Below, piece after piece: positions 10,786 through 19,854 of a stretch of DNA of 64,000 bases. Position numbers and translations under genes: made by a program. The notes under the pieces are model-generated. The model was not told the DNA's origin. It saw only the letters and a list, made by a program, of their open reading frames with translations, and made no database searches. Position 1 is the first letter of the stretch, and each line of letters begins with the position of its first letter. The DNA is from Bacteroidota bacterium (GTDB taxonomy: Bacteria > Bacteroidota > Bacteroidia > UKL13-3), in contig JBPXJS010000011.1 in the NCBI GenBank assembly GCA_051715425.1, forward strand, positions 132,215-196,214. The letters are read 5' to 3'.

Positions 10786-11608
10786 CTTCGAACTTCCAAA
10801 CCAATAAAACTCCGGGAAACGCAATATCCTAACTTAACATTTAAAATTTAACATTTAAAACTCAGCATTCAACATTTCAATAACTTCGAACTATTGAACT
10901 TCGAATATCTTAAATAATATGATGTTTTCTTAATTAGAAAGCCCTGAGTCGTTTTGCTCACAGATTTCACAGATTTGCACAGACCCCTTAGCCAAACCCG
11001 GCAAACAGAAAAATAAAACTTCCTAACTTCGAACTACCCAACTTCGAACTTCTTAACTTAACGCAAAGGGCGCAACGGTTTCGCAAGGAACGCAAAGAAA
11101 TATCGGTTGTAAACCAGATTTTCCGCTATGCGCAACTTCCCAACTCAACATTTAAAATTTAACATTCAAAATTTCGAAATCTTCGAACTCCCAAACCAAT
11201 AAGATTCCGGGAAGCGCATCATCCCAACTTAACACTTAAAATTTAACATTTAAAATTCAGCATTCAACATTCAGCATTCAACATTTCAAAAACTTCGAAC
11301 TTCCAAACCAATAAGATTCCGGGAAGCGCAACACCCCAACTTAACATTTAAAATTCAACATTTAAAACTAAAAGATCCGCATTCAGCATTCAACATTTCA
11401 AAATCTTCGAACTTCCAAACCAATAAGATTCCGGGAAGCGCATCATCCCAACTTAACACTTAAAATTTAACATTTAAAATTCAGCATTCAACATTCAACA
11501 TTTCAAAAACTTCGAACTTCCAAACCAATAAGATTCCGGGAAGCGCAATATCCTAACTTAACACTTAAAATTTAACATTCAAAACTCAACATTCAGCATT
11601 CAACATTT
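10786..11608. repeat. 'F' tandem minisatellite (about 105–112-bp unit)
   Basis: Four near-perfect units beginning cttcgaacttccaaaccaataagattccgggaagcgca at 11181, 11293, 11405 and 11510. Degenerate copies from 10786. One inverted copy at 30978–31071. Confidence 0.9.
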
Positions 11609-12148
11609 TCATCCCATTTCATTTTCCAGTAACGAAAAAAGAATCGAATCTTCATAATTGCCAGCAGTATAAACGTGTTGTCTTAGTATGCCTTCTTTGG
11701 TAAAGTGGTTGTTTTGCAGGATGCTGATGGATGCGATATTATCAGTTGCGGTGATGGCTTCTATTCTGTGCAGTTTTAATTCGTTGAAACCGTAAGCGAT
11801 GATGGCTTTAACGGCTTCGGACATTAATCCTTTTCTTTTATAGGAATCTTCGTGCATGATATAGCCTATTTCTGCGCGGTGGTGGTCTTTGTTCCAGTTG
11901 TGCAGGCCGCAGCGACCAATAATGCGGCCGGATTCTTTATCTGTGAGCAGAAATAATAAAAAGCTGCGGTTATAGGCAGCATATCCGTTCAGGTGTTTGT
12001 ATTCTTCGTTGCGGTATTCTTCTTCGGAGCGGTGACCCAATACTTTTTTAATTTCTTCTTTGGGGAGGGTGGTAAAAATGGTATTGATATCAGCAGGCGA
12101 AAGTCCTGTGAGAAAGAGTCTGTTGGTTTCGAGGGTTACAAGGTTCAT
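11609..12148 (-). CDS. GNAT family N-acetyltransferase (RimJ/RimL-like)
   Basis: 179 aa with acetyl-CoA binding motifs (RGKGLMSEAVKAII, HRIEAITATDNIASISIL). Confidence 0.8.
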   Translation of the reverse strand: MNLVTLETNRLFLTGLSPADINTIFTTLPKEEIKKVLGHRSEEEYRNEEYKHLNGYAAYNRSFLLFLLTDKESGRIIGRCGLHNWNKDHHRAEIGYIMHEDSYKRKGLMSEAVKAIIAYGFNELKLHRIEAITATDNIASISILQNNHFTKEGILRQHVYTAGNYEDSILFSLLENEMG

Positions 12149-12197
12149 TGGGGGAAGGATGTTATGTTGAAATTGGTGTTTTTTTATTCAAATATGC

Positions 12198-13079
12198 TTA
12201 CTTTTTAAAATACTTGTAGTCATAACTAAAAGCTTGTTCAAAAACAGGTTCACCGGAAGTGTTGATGAGAAAATGCTTTTCTGATAGGATATTACCAAAA
12301 TGATCAAATTCGCAAAAGATACGTTCAGCATGTATGTAATGATTGTTATTTTTATTCCTAAATGCATACCGGTTTACAGTAACTGATTTGTAATCTCTGC
12401 TATAATGATACGTTGTAACCCACTTAACAGGTATACTGCCAACTGTTCTTGTTATCCAGCGATTTATTATTCCCCTTTCTGTTTTAGTATGTTTCACAAG
12501 ATAACCCAAACTATCAAAGATATATTGCTCTTGTGAGTAGCGTGTTTTAATCGTTTTCTTAGGTTCATGGGAAGTTGTTTTTTTTGCGATATCAGGTTGT
12601 TTGCTGCAATCTAAAAAAATTGTATCAGGGTTTATTGCGGCATATGAAAACCAACCGATCTCCGGGTTTATTTTTTTAATAAATCCGTCCGGACTATAAT
12701 AGATTTCGCGCCATAAAAATGAGTCGTTAGCCATTTTCGAGTGGTATATGAATAGTTCTTTTATGCCTTGTTTTCGAATGCGGCATATATTAAAAGTGTC
12801 TATAATAACTGAATGCGGAGGCTTCATGTTTTTATTATTCCGGTCAATAACCAACGTATAAATTTCATACCGGCAGTTGAAAATAGGATTGGTTTTGTCT
12901 GTTTCTATGATGGCGTGTTGGCTCTTTAATTGCTTTGGAAGGAGAAATAGAACCAAAGATAAAATCAATACAGTGTGCGCTCTTGCAATCACATAATATA
13001 TCTGAGATTTGGTAGGTAAACTCTTCAATTTGATCAAATCATACATAAACGTTATTTCGCTAATCAGTTTTTTTAACAC
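12198..13079 (-). CDS. hypothetical protein with YD/MORN-variant (YwqK-like) repeats
   Basis: 293 aa. N-terminal hydrophobic segment, then repeated YxxDxxGxL-type motifs. Resembles the neighbouring 14075–15259 protein. Confidence 0.45.
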   Translation of the reverse strand: MLKKLISEITFMYDLIKLKSLPTKSQIYYVIARAHTVLILSLVLFLLPKQLKSQHAIIETDKTNPIFNCRYEIYTLVIDRNNKNMKPPHSVIIDTFNICRIRKQGIKELFIYHSKMANDSFLWREIYYSPDGFIKKINPEIGWFSYAAINPDTIFLDCSKQPDIAKKTTSHEPKKTIKTRYSQEQYIFDSLGYLVKHTKTERGIINRWITRTVGSIPVKWVTTYHYSRDYKSVTVNRYAFRNKNNNHYIHAERIFCEFDHFGNILSEKHFLINTSGEPVFEQAFSYDYKYFKK

Positions 13080-13103
13080 CTATAAGTTCTGATGAGTTAA
13101 TTC

Positions 13104-13778
13104 TTACTGAAACCTAAAAACAATAGGTACTATAAGGCAGAAACTTTGGGGTATTCCATTGAGCTTAGGCGGACTTGAAAACTTCATTTTTCTAAGGACC
13201 CTTGCTGCTTCTTTATTCAGGGAAACATGATCTCCTTTTATAATGGCTATTTTTTCCATGGTTCCATTAACACTTAAGGTACATGATAAGATAACTCGCC
13301 CCTCAATACCATTTTCTCTGGCATAAACCGGATAATTTAATTTTCCGGACAAATATTCGCTAAATTTTTTTTCACCACCTGCCAAAACGGGTGCTGTATA
13401 TCCTAAAGAATCATTATCTTCAAATGTATTCACATATCCTGCATTAAATCGGTTAGCATTACAAGCGGTGTCCTTATAGTTCAACTCAAAATCAAAGTTC
13501 AGTTTTTCCAGCCCAAAGTTTGTTTCAATGTACCAGATGCCGAAAGGTTCACCATAATTATCCTCACATCTAATCGTGATATCTTTTTTAATATCCCGAA
13601 TTTCATTAAGGGTTCTTCCATCAAGCAGCTTGGTGGTGGTAAGGGAATAACTGGCTTTTTCTGCAGTTGTTTCTTTTCTCAGGTATTGGTCCTTATAATA
13701 AGTAGTTGTTTGGGCATAAACATGGAAACTAAATATAAACAGTAGAGCAATAAGGAATAGTTTGTTCATGTTTGGCAT
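13104..13778 (-). CDS. secreted protein with C-terminal TonB-C-like domain
   Basis: 224 aa. Signal peptide (…HVYAQ). C-terminal ENGIEGRVILSCTLSVNGTM...IIKG motif typical of the TonB C-terminal domain. Confidence 0.55.
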   Translation of the reverse strand: MPNMNKLFLIALLFIFSFHVYAQTTTYYKDQYLRKETTAEKASYSLTTTKLLDGRTLNEIRDIKKDITIRCEDNYGEPFGIWYIETNFGLEKLNFDFELNYKDTACNANRFNAGYVNTFEDNDSLGYTAPVLAGGEKKFSEYLSGKLNYPVYARENGIEGRVILSCTLSVNGTMEKIAIIKGDHVSLNKEAARVLRKMKFSSPPKLNGIPQSFCLIVPIVFRFQ

Positions 13779-14074
13779 GTTATGCTAATGGTTGATATTA
13801 ATAGAAAGGTAAAATTAAGGAAATGGGTTTGGGAAACAAAGAGGGATAACCAAAATCAAACCCTTAAACCGATGCAGAAAAGGACGCACCTGAAATTGAA
13901 AACCCATAAGGGATAACTGGAAAAGTCTTTCACCCAAAAAGCAACCGAAACACCCCGAAATATAACCAGATATGCATCCCGCTGCTTAAGCAGGATTCGT
14001 TTAAACCTTATGTGTTGGCGGCAGTTTTGCTTTCACCACGAAGCTGTCTCGGTTCAATTTTGAAGAGATGCTTA

Positions 14075-15259
14075 TTAATAGTAGTATCTAGTTAGTTGGG
14101 TAATTTTGTTGTTGTAAATTACTTTGCTCTCATACAGTAGTCCCTTTAAATTGTAACGGAAATAAGTTTCTGATTTGTTGTTCTTATTGTCAACTGAAAT
14201 TTCAGAAGTCAATTTCTCTTTTTCGTAAGTATAAAAGTAGTTGGTGCATGTTTCTGATGAATTCCTTATGGAGCATTCACTTGTGATTTGGTTTTTGCTA
14301 TTAAACTTTGTAACGATTTTATTTGTGCTGCTTCCAAATCTTGCTTCGGTATTATATATATTTGTTACGACTTTTCCCGAATCAGAATATTCAAATATTG
14401 TTGTAGATTCCCAGTAAGGAAGAATGGTCGTGAAATACCAACCAGTTGAATCAACTTGCTTAATTAAATTTCCGATGTTGTCGTAGTAATAATATTTTTT
14501 GGAATGAACTTTGCCTTCTTTTGTATACCAAATCCATGTTCTCACTTTCCCGTTTTCGTAATAAGTGTAATCATCGTTTAAATATCTTGGGTCACAATAG
14601 ATACACTTAACTGAACCTGTGTCGGGTTTGTAACTGCTGGTTGGTAAATACCTCGTGCTGTCTCTTGTGAAGTAGCGACTAATCTTCTGTCCTTTCTCAT
14701 TGTAATAGGTTTCGTAAATCTCAGCTTTTACTGAACGAAAATGGAAAGTGTCCTTTGTGTATTTTGAAATTGATATGTAGTCATCAAAATATTGAAAGCA
14801 ATCATAAGTTTGGTTTCCTAAGCTGTCATATTTGTATGTTGTAATGTTCTGATAAATGTTGTATCGAAGTGAACCATATTCTTTTCTTTTCTCTATGCCT
14901 AATGGGCTGTCAATGTCAATAACAACCCTTCCGTTTTTGTCATAGTAAGTTTGAAAGGAATACCAGGTCAAATATGAAGGTCCATGTGATTGAAAAACTC
15001 TATTGTATTTCTTGCCTGAAACTTTGCTACTATCTTTATCAAACACCTGTCTGTAAAGAAGTAAACTATCTTTTGAAACTTTGCCGTTCTTTTTTATTTG
15101 ATAGGAGTATGCCTCAATTTTCTTCACATTGTTTTTGATAAAGTCCTGATAAGTCCAACCCTGAAACTCGTCACCACTGAAACTGAAAATGGTATTGCTC
15201 ATTTGTCCGAACAGGTATGTTGTTGTCAGTGTCAATATGCTTGCTAAAATTAATTTCAA
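14075..15259 (-). CDS. MORN-variant repeat protein (YwqK-family antitoxin/immunity-like)
   Basis: 394 aa. Signal peptide, then Tyr-rich repeats of the YYENGKV / YYDKNGRV / YYYDNIGNL type. Confidence 0.5.
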   Translation of the reverse strand: MKLILASILTLTTTYLFGQMSNTIFSFSGDEFQGWTYQDFIKNNVKKIEAYSYQIKKNGKVSKDSLLLYRQVFDKDSSKVSGKKYNRVFQSHGPSYLTWYSFQTYYDKNGRVVIDIDSPLGIEKRKEYGSLRYNIYQNITTYKYDSLGNQTYDCFQYFDDYISISKYTKDTFHFRSVKAEIYETYYNEKGQKISRYFTRDSTRYLPTSSYKPDTGSVKCIYCDPRYLNDDYTYYENGKVRTWIWYTKEGKVHSKKYYYYDNIGNLIKQVDSTGWYFTTILPYWESTTIFEYSDSGKVVTNIYNTEARFGSSTNKIVTKFNSKNQITSECSIRNSSETCTNYFYTYEKEKLTSEISVDNKNNKSETYFRYNLKGLLYESKVIYNNKITQLTRYYY

Positions 15260-15472
15260 TGTCTGTCTGTTTTATGCAGTCCGTTCAGTGTTTGCAGGAC
15301 GCCCAAAAAATTGCAACCAATCGGGTCAGGCCGGGGAATTTCACCCTTACCTTCCAACGGGGGATGACTACGTCCGCGACAACTGGGGCAAGCCAAGTTG
15401 CTTTGTCAAGGTCGTTTTCAGTCGCAAGATTTTTATAATATCGTTTTAGTCCTCTTTGCTTCTTCATTAAAG

Positions 15473-15817
15473 TCAAATTTGATAACTGATTTTCAAAGTA
15501 TCATTTATTTTGTCCGTTAGCATTTCAACTAGTTCTTCATTCATAAATTCATAGTCGTCCGCAATATTTAGAATTTCAATTATTGGCAACTCCAAATGTT
15601 TGTAAAGCCCCCAAATTTTTGCTCGTTGTCCCGGTTCCATTACAAAAACCAAGTCAGCCCAATTCAAATCATTCTCTGATATTTTCCTATCACTTTTTGG
15701 GCTAAGTCCAGCTGAACGAATATTGAAACGATTGTCATTTTTAAAAATGTGTTCCGCTGTCCTGCTACGCTTTTTATTTCGTCCACAAACTACAAGTATG
15801 TTAGGTCTTTCTGTCAT
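15473..15817 (-). CDS. low-molecular-weight protein-tyrosine-phosphatase / ArsC-like family protein
   Basis: CX5R(S) P-loop (VCGRNKKRS) near the N-terminus. Start chosen at MTERPNILVV; the ORF track extends to 15856. Confidence 0.6.
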   Translation of the reverse strand: MTERPNILVVCGRNKKRSRTAEHIFKNDNRFNIRSAGLSPKSDRKISENDLNWADLVFVMEPGQRAKIWGLYKHLELPIIEILNIADDYEFMNEELVEMLTDKINDTLKISYQI

Positions 15818-15979
15818 TGTTGTTGGTCGTCTTAAAATTGGGCATAACGGTGGCAATATGGCCTGAAAGGGATTGCGGAGAACGTCCCTATCAACTTACA
15901 ACGAAATTGATGCGGCTGATGAGCTTCGCATACCACTAAAGCCCTTTTGGGCTATATTGCATGTTGTACACCATTTATT

Positions 15980-16483
15980 TTATACTATTTTTCCTACTTT
16001 CTTTAAATAAATAATCAATCCACCAAGTAAAATGCCTAGGCCAATAAAAAAGTATCCACCATTTTTATCTTTACAACCGCGCATAAAATAGGGTTTCCCA
16101 TCTTTATCAATGAATTGGATCAGTCTATTCAATCTATTATCTGTCTCTTTTGGATCTTCATCAAAATACACAACAATCTCATCTCCAACTTTCAAATCAT
16201 CTATTTTTTCTAAATGTGGTTTAAAATCACCAAAATCCTTTCCAACAAATATTGTAAAAACCTTGGAGTAATTATCAATTAATAAATATCTAAATTTACC
16301 AATATGTCGTAATGGCAATTCTTCGAAAGTCTTATCGAGAAAGACTATCCTACCTGTCAACTGGTTAAATTCAGTTTTATCTTTTGTCCCACGAATCATA
16401 ATAATGGAACCTAAAATCAAGATTGTAATTATACCAGCTATCGATTTTTTAAATATTGGATATTGTCGCTTTGTATTCATCAA
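15980..16483 (-). CDS. hypothetical membrane protein
   Basis: 167 aa with N- and C-terminal TM helices. Confidence 0.45.
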   Translation of the reverse strand: MMNTKRQYPIFKKSIAGIITILILGSIIMIRGTKDKTEFNQLTGRIVFLDKTFEELPLRHIGKFRYLLIDNYSKVFTIFVGKDFGDFKPHLEKIDDLKVGDEIVVYFDEDPKETDNRLNRLIQFIDKDGKPYFMRGCKDKNGGYFFIGLGILLGGLIIYLKKVGKIV

Positions 16484-16787
16484 TCAAATATTTTTCTTAT
16501 TAGTACGCTGAGTTCTTTTTTAAATGGTGTACAACGGCAGACTCCCGCAATCATGCGGGACAAGTTGTGAAATAAGCTATCCACAGCCCTGTATGTAAAT
16601 GTTGGAATAAAACGTCACAAATGCAAGATAAAAAAGCATCACCTTAGATTGAAAACCATAAGAAATAACTGGAAAAGTCTTTCACCTAAAAAAGCAGCCG
16701 AAACTTCCCTGCATGTTGCTGGGCGGGCATCAAACATAGCTCAAATCGAAGTAAAACTTCGTTTGAACCTTATTTGTTGCAGTTTTG

Positions 16788-17558
16788 TTATTCGCCATTA
16801 TCGTCATCATTATATTCGTCAACATTATTTTGGTTTTTGAAACCAATTATTTTTGTCAAGCCATTATTTTTTACGTTGAAAGTCTTAAATTCGATTTTAT
16901 CCAGTTCATTTATTTTTAAATTTAATTGCTCCTTTGTCAAGAGTTTAAGGTTGTAAAGCCAGACCAAATTATTATACAGTTGGTCGTAGGGCAAGTATTC
17001 ATTAAGGGTGGAGTATTTGCCAACTAGATATTTATCGCGTCTTTGTAACAATTCTTTTATAAATTCATCAACACTTTGTTTGTATCGCTTCGTCCCGATA
17101 AATTCTATTGCATTTGTATTATCTGATTGTGTAAGATGAATAGTGTTTTTCTTTGTTATCAGATATACAATTAAAAAAAATACACTTGTTGTTAAGTGAA
17201 ATATTTCAGCGCCATTTCCCACGTGTCCACCATCAAGTCTTTTAAAAAAAACTGAAATAGCAATGATTAGAAATAAAAGGGATATAACTAACCAGAGTAG
17301 CTTTCGTGATTTTTCAATAATAATTTTTGAACCTATGTCTTCAAAATCAACAAAAGTATCAGAGCTTGAAGCTATTCTTTTCTTAATAAGCCTTAATCCA
17401 GTGTCTTCAATTATATATTTGAATCTATCGAAATTTGTGTCAAACTGTTTGAATTCCATATTTGAAGGTGTCATTAAAATTGCAACTAACGTCAGACGGT
17501 GAAATAAACTATCCACAACCTTGTTTGTAAATGTTGCAATAAAACCCCAAAAATGCAA
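16788..17558 (-). CDS. hypothetical membrane protein
   Basis: 256 aa with two central TM helices and an acidic C-terminus. The first ~25 codons overlap repeat D, so the true start may be the internal Met near 17474. Confidence 0.45.
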   Translation of the reverse strand: MHFWGFIATFTNKVVDSLFHRLTLVAILMTPSNMEFKQFDTNFDRFKYIIEDTGLRLIKKRIASSSDTFVDFEDIGSKIIIEKSRKLLWLVISLLFLIIAISVFFKRLDGGHVGNGAEIFHLTTSVFFLIVYLITKKNTIHLTQSDNTNAIEFIGTKRYKQSVDEFIKELLQRRDKYLVGKYSTLNEYLPYDQLYNNLVWLYNLKLLTKEQLNLKINELDKIEFKTFNVKNNGLTKIIGFKNQNNVDEYNDDDNGE

Positions 17559-17647
17559 GTGAAGGCAGGATTAAGTTTCCTGTAATCTCAGATTGAGTTA
17601 AACAAGACAATACTGTAACTTACCCTATCCCACTCTGTTCGAGCATT

Positions 17648-17860
17648 TCACTTTTTATGCAGCTCAACATTTTCAATATCTGCTGTCGTTAAGTGTTCGT
17701 TGTCTAAAAGAATAAGATATGTTGAATTAACAACTCGTCTGTCCGTTAAAACTTGTCCATTTTTAAGGGTAACATTTACTACTTGGTAACCCATACCTTG
17801 TTCAGGTAAATCAGCAAGTTTGTCAATTAAGTTTGTTGGTAATTCAACTTTTTCAGTCAT
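17648..17860 (-). CDS. small 'GMGYQ'-domain protein
   Basis: Start taken at MTEKVELPTNLIDKLADLPEQGMGYQ..., which sits 1 nt after the stop of the upstream paralogous gene. The ORF track gives a longer 17648–17959 ORF. Confidence 0.45.
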   Translation of the reverse strand: MTEKVELPTNLIDKLADLPEQGMGYQVVNVTLKNGQVLTDRRVVNSTYLILLDNEHLTTADIENVELHKK

Positions 17861-17861
17861 A

Positions 17862-18548
17862 CTAATATGGTTTTCGTTCAATGTAAGTTCCATCTGAAGT
17901 TCCGTTGTCAAAAAGTGCTTCAATGCCACCACCGTTATGATTGTTGGCTGGTTGAACAATCCCAGATTTGTATTTGTCGTAAGATTTTGGTTTTACAAAA
18001 AATGCCCACTTAATCGTCTCATCGTTTGGCAATGCATATCTGTCAATAGGGTCATCGTTGTATCTTTTACAAGCGAGATAGTCTGCTTCGGTGGTAGTAT
18101 AAGTTCCATCTTTCAATCTCATTTTCACGAAGTCAATTCTTTTATCGTCAGCATACGCTGAAAGCCGAACAAAAAGGTCTGTCCCGTTTGCATAGATTGG
18201 AGCATTGTCAACAGCACCAGTACCGCCAGAGTGTCTCCCCTTGGTGTTCATATTACTTTCCGACAACATTCGCACATTGCTTAATGCAGAACGTCTTACT
18301 AAAGTTGGGCTTTCCAAAGTAATGAAATCTGATTGGCTGAACATTCTTGTGTAGCTCTCATTAACAATTTGTTTTTTGTATGAGGCAAAATTGCTGTCAT
18401 AGTCAACAATTAGTTCGCTGTTGTAAACAATGAACCTGTCAGTTGTATAACGTCCTTGTCTTTTAGCGTCAATAATTTGGTAACCCATTCCTGACTCAGG
18501 TAATGAGAGAAGCGATTGTGTAAATTGCGATTGTGCTTTAAAAATCAT
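17862..18548 (-). CDS. hypothetical protein with N-terminal 'LPExGMGYQ' domain
   Basis: 228 aa. The N-terminal ~50 aa are paralogous to the downstream small protein (LPESGMGYQIIDAKRQGRYTTDRFIV vs LPEQGMGYQVVNVTLKNGQVLTDRRVV). Confidence 0.55.
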   Translation of the reverse strand: MIFKAQSQFTQSLLSLPESGMGYQIIDAKRQGRYTTDRFIVYNSELIVDYDSNFASYKKQIVNESYTRMFSQSDFITLESPTLVRRSALSNVRMLSESNMNTKGRHSGGTGAVDNAPIYANGTDLFVRLSAYADDKRIDFVKMRLKDGTYTTTEADYLACKRYNDDPIDRYALPNDETIKWAFFVKPKSYDKYKSGIVQPANNHNGGGIEALFDNGTSDGTYIERKPY

Positions 18549-18756
18549 TTTTCTATTTTTTAATTGTTACTAATTTTTTGTCCGTTTTCCTTATTGTGCT
18601 GTGTCGTAGTAGCCTTGCCGCCAACGTCAGACTGTGAAAATACTAAAAAACTAACCCTTTAGAATCGAATATTCGAAAAATCTTCAGATGGGTATCCGAA
18701 TATATCAGCATGGAATTCTAGTTTTTTCACAACCTAACGTTTTGCAGCTACCCGAA

Positions 18757-18870
18757 GGTGGCGATTTCGAAGCACTTCACTGTCAACCAAGCACAAGCTT
18801 TGATAGATGCACAAAGCTTCATTTAACCACTGAACCGCCACTTTTGGGTAGGTGCTGTTATAAGCCGTTT
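18757..18870. repeat. repeat B copy (3'-of-gene module)
   Basis: ggtggcgatttcgaagcac...gcacaaagcttcatttaaccactgaaccgcc. Homologous copies at 22170–22272, 24030–24150, 28001–28125 and 29410–29530. Confidence 0.8.
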
Positions 18871-19830
18871 TTATTTGTTGAATTGTGGGTCGAAATTGTC
18901 ATAAAAATGAGAGCAAATGCCAGATTTGTTTATGATTTTAAGAACTTTCATCATTCTAACATGATGGTCATGGTCGTGGTCATGTTGTCCAAGAGTCATT
19001 TCTTTTTCTGCGTCAACCGACAGAATTGAATGCAACGAATGTGGTGCTGGATGTCCTGGCATATCTCCAAGCCATTTTCCAATCCATTGAATTTCACCAA
19101 CAACATTATTTGCTACTTTCCAATCTTCAATTCTGTCGTCTACCCATCCGTGTAATTTCCAAAAAGTCGGATGAACATGGCTTGAATATGTGTCACCAAG
19201 CCAGTCATAATTTGGGTCGTCCCATTTAGGGTCAATGTTTGTTGAAAATTCGTCTGGGTCAGGTCTGATTTCGTCTATCTGTGAACAAAATCTCATATGC
19301 AACCAGTTGTGAATTGTAAATTCTAGTCTAGCACCCAATTCGCCTAATGACACCGTCTTCAAATAGCCTTTGTCGGTAAATTGAGTTTCTAACGGTTTAA
19401 TCCTTTGATTATAAAAGTCATCTGATTTTACATTTCTCAAATAATCATTTAAACCTTGGTCACCTGTTTCCCAAGTTGGAGGAACAGGATATTCACTATC
19501 ATTAGGAGTAGGAATTGATTTCCATCCTTCAACTTTTGGATAGGTTGCATCTCCAATTTCTCGAAGTCTTTGATTAACACTTGCAATCATAACTCTGTGC
19601 ATATATAAAAAATCTTCCCCCGAGTTGTTAGATACATCTAGTTGTCTCGGATTTGAGTTTCTTACATAAGCAGGTCTTGGCGGCTCCCAACCTAGCTGTC
19701 TAATTTGATTTCTTTCACTGTCGGAATATAGCCACCAGCTATTTCTTACTTGATGCCATAGGTAGTGATGAAGTCTGTGGTCGTGTGACGCCATCATCGT
19801 AATAATATGTCTTGGTAATTTGTTGCTCAT
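18871..19830 (-). CDS. hypothetical His/Trp-rich protein
   Basis: 319 aa with HDHRLHHYLWH and HDHDHDHH motifs. 25 bp downstream of the Fic gene. Confidence 0.55.
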   Translation of the reverse strand: MSNKLPRHIITMMASHDHRLHHYLWHQVRNSWWLYSDSERNQIRQLGWEPPRPAYVRNSNPRQLDVSNNSGEDFLYMHRVMIASVNQRLREIGDATYPKVEGWKSIPTPNDSEYPVPPTWETGDQGLNDYLRNVKSDDFYNQRIKPLETQFTDKGYLKTVSLGELGARLEFTIHNWLHMRFCSQIDEIRPDPDEFSTNIDPKWDDPNYDWLGDTYSSHVHPTFWKLHGWVDDRIEDWKVANNVVGEIQWIGKWLGDMPGHPAPHSLHSILSVDAEKEMTLGQHDHDHDHHVRMMKVLKIINKSGICSHFYDNFDPQFNK

Positions 19831-19854
19831 ATTCTTCTGATTTTTGTAGATTTT

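Noticed and set aside
10786-11608. Possible CRISPR array (regular ~110-bp periodicity)
   Set aside because: Units abut directly with no unique spacers. The unit length is far longer than CRISPR repeats. No cas genes are nearby. It is a minisatellite.
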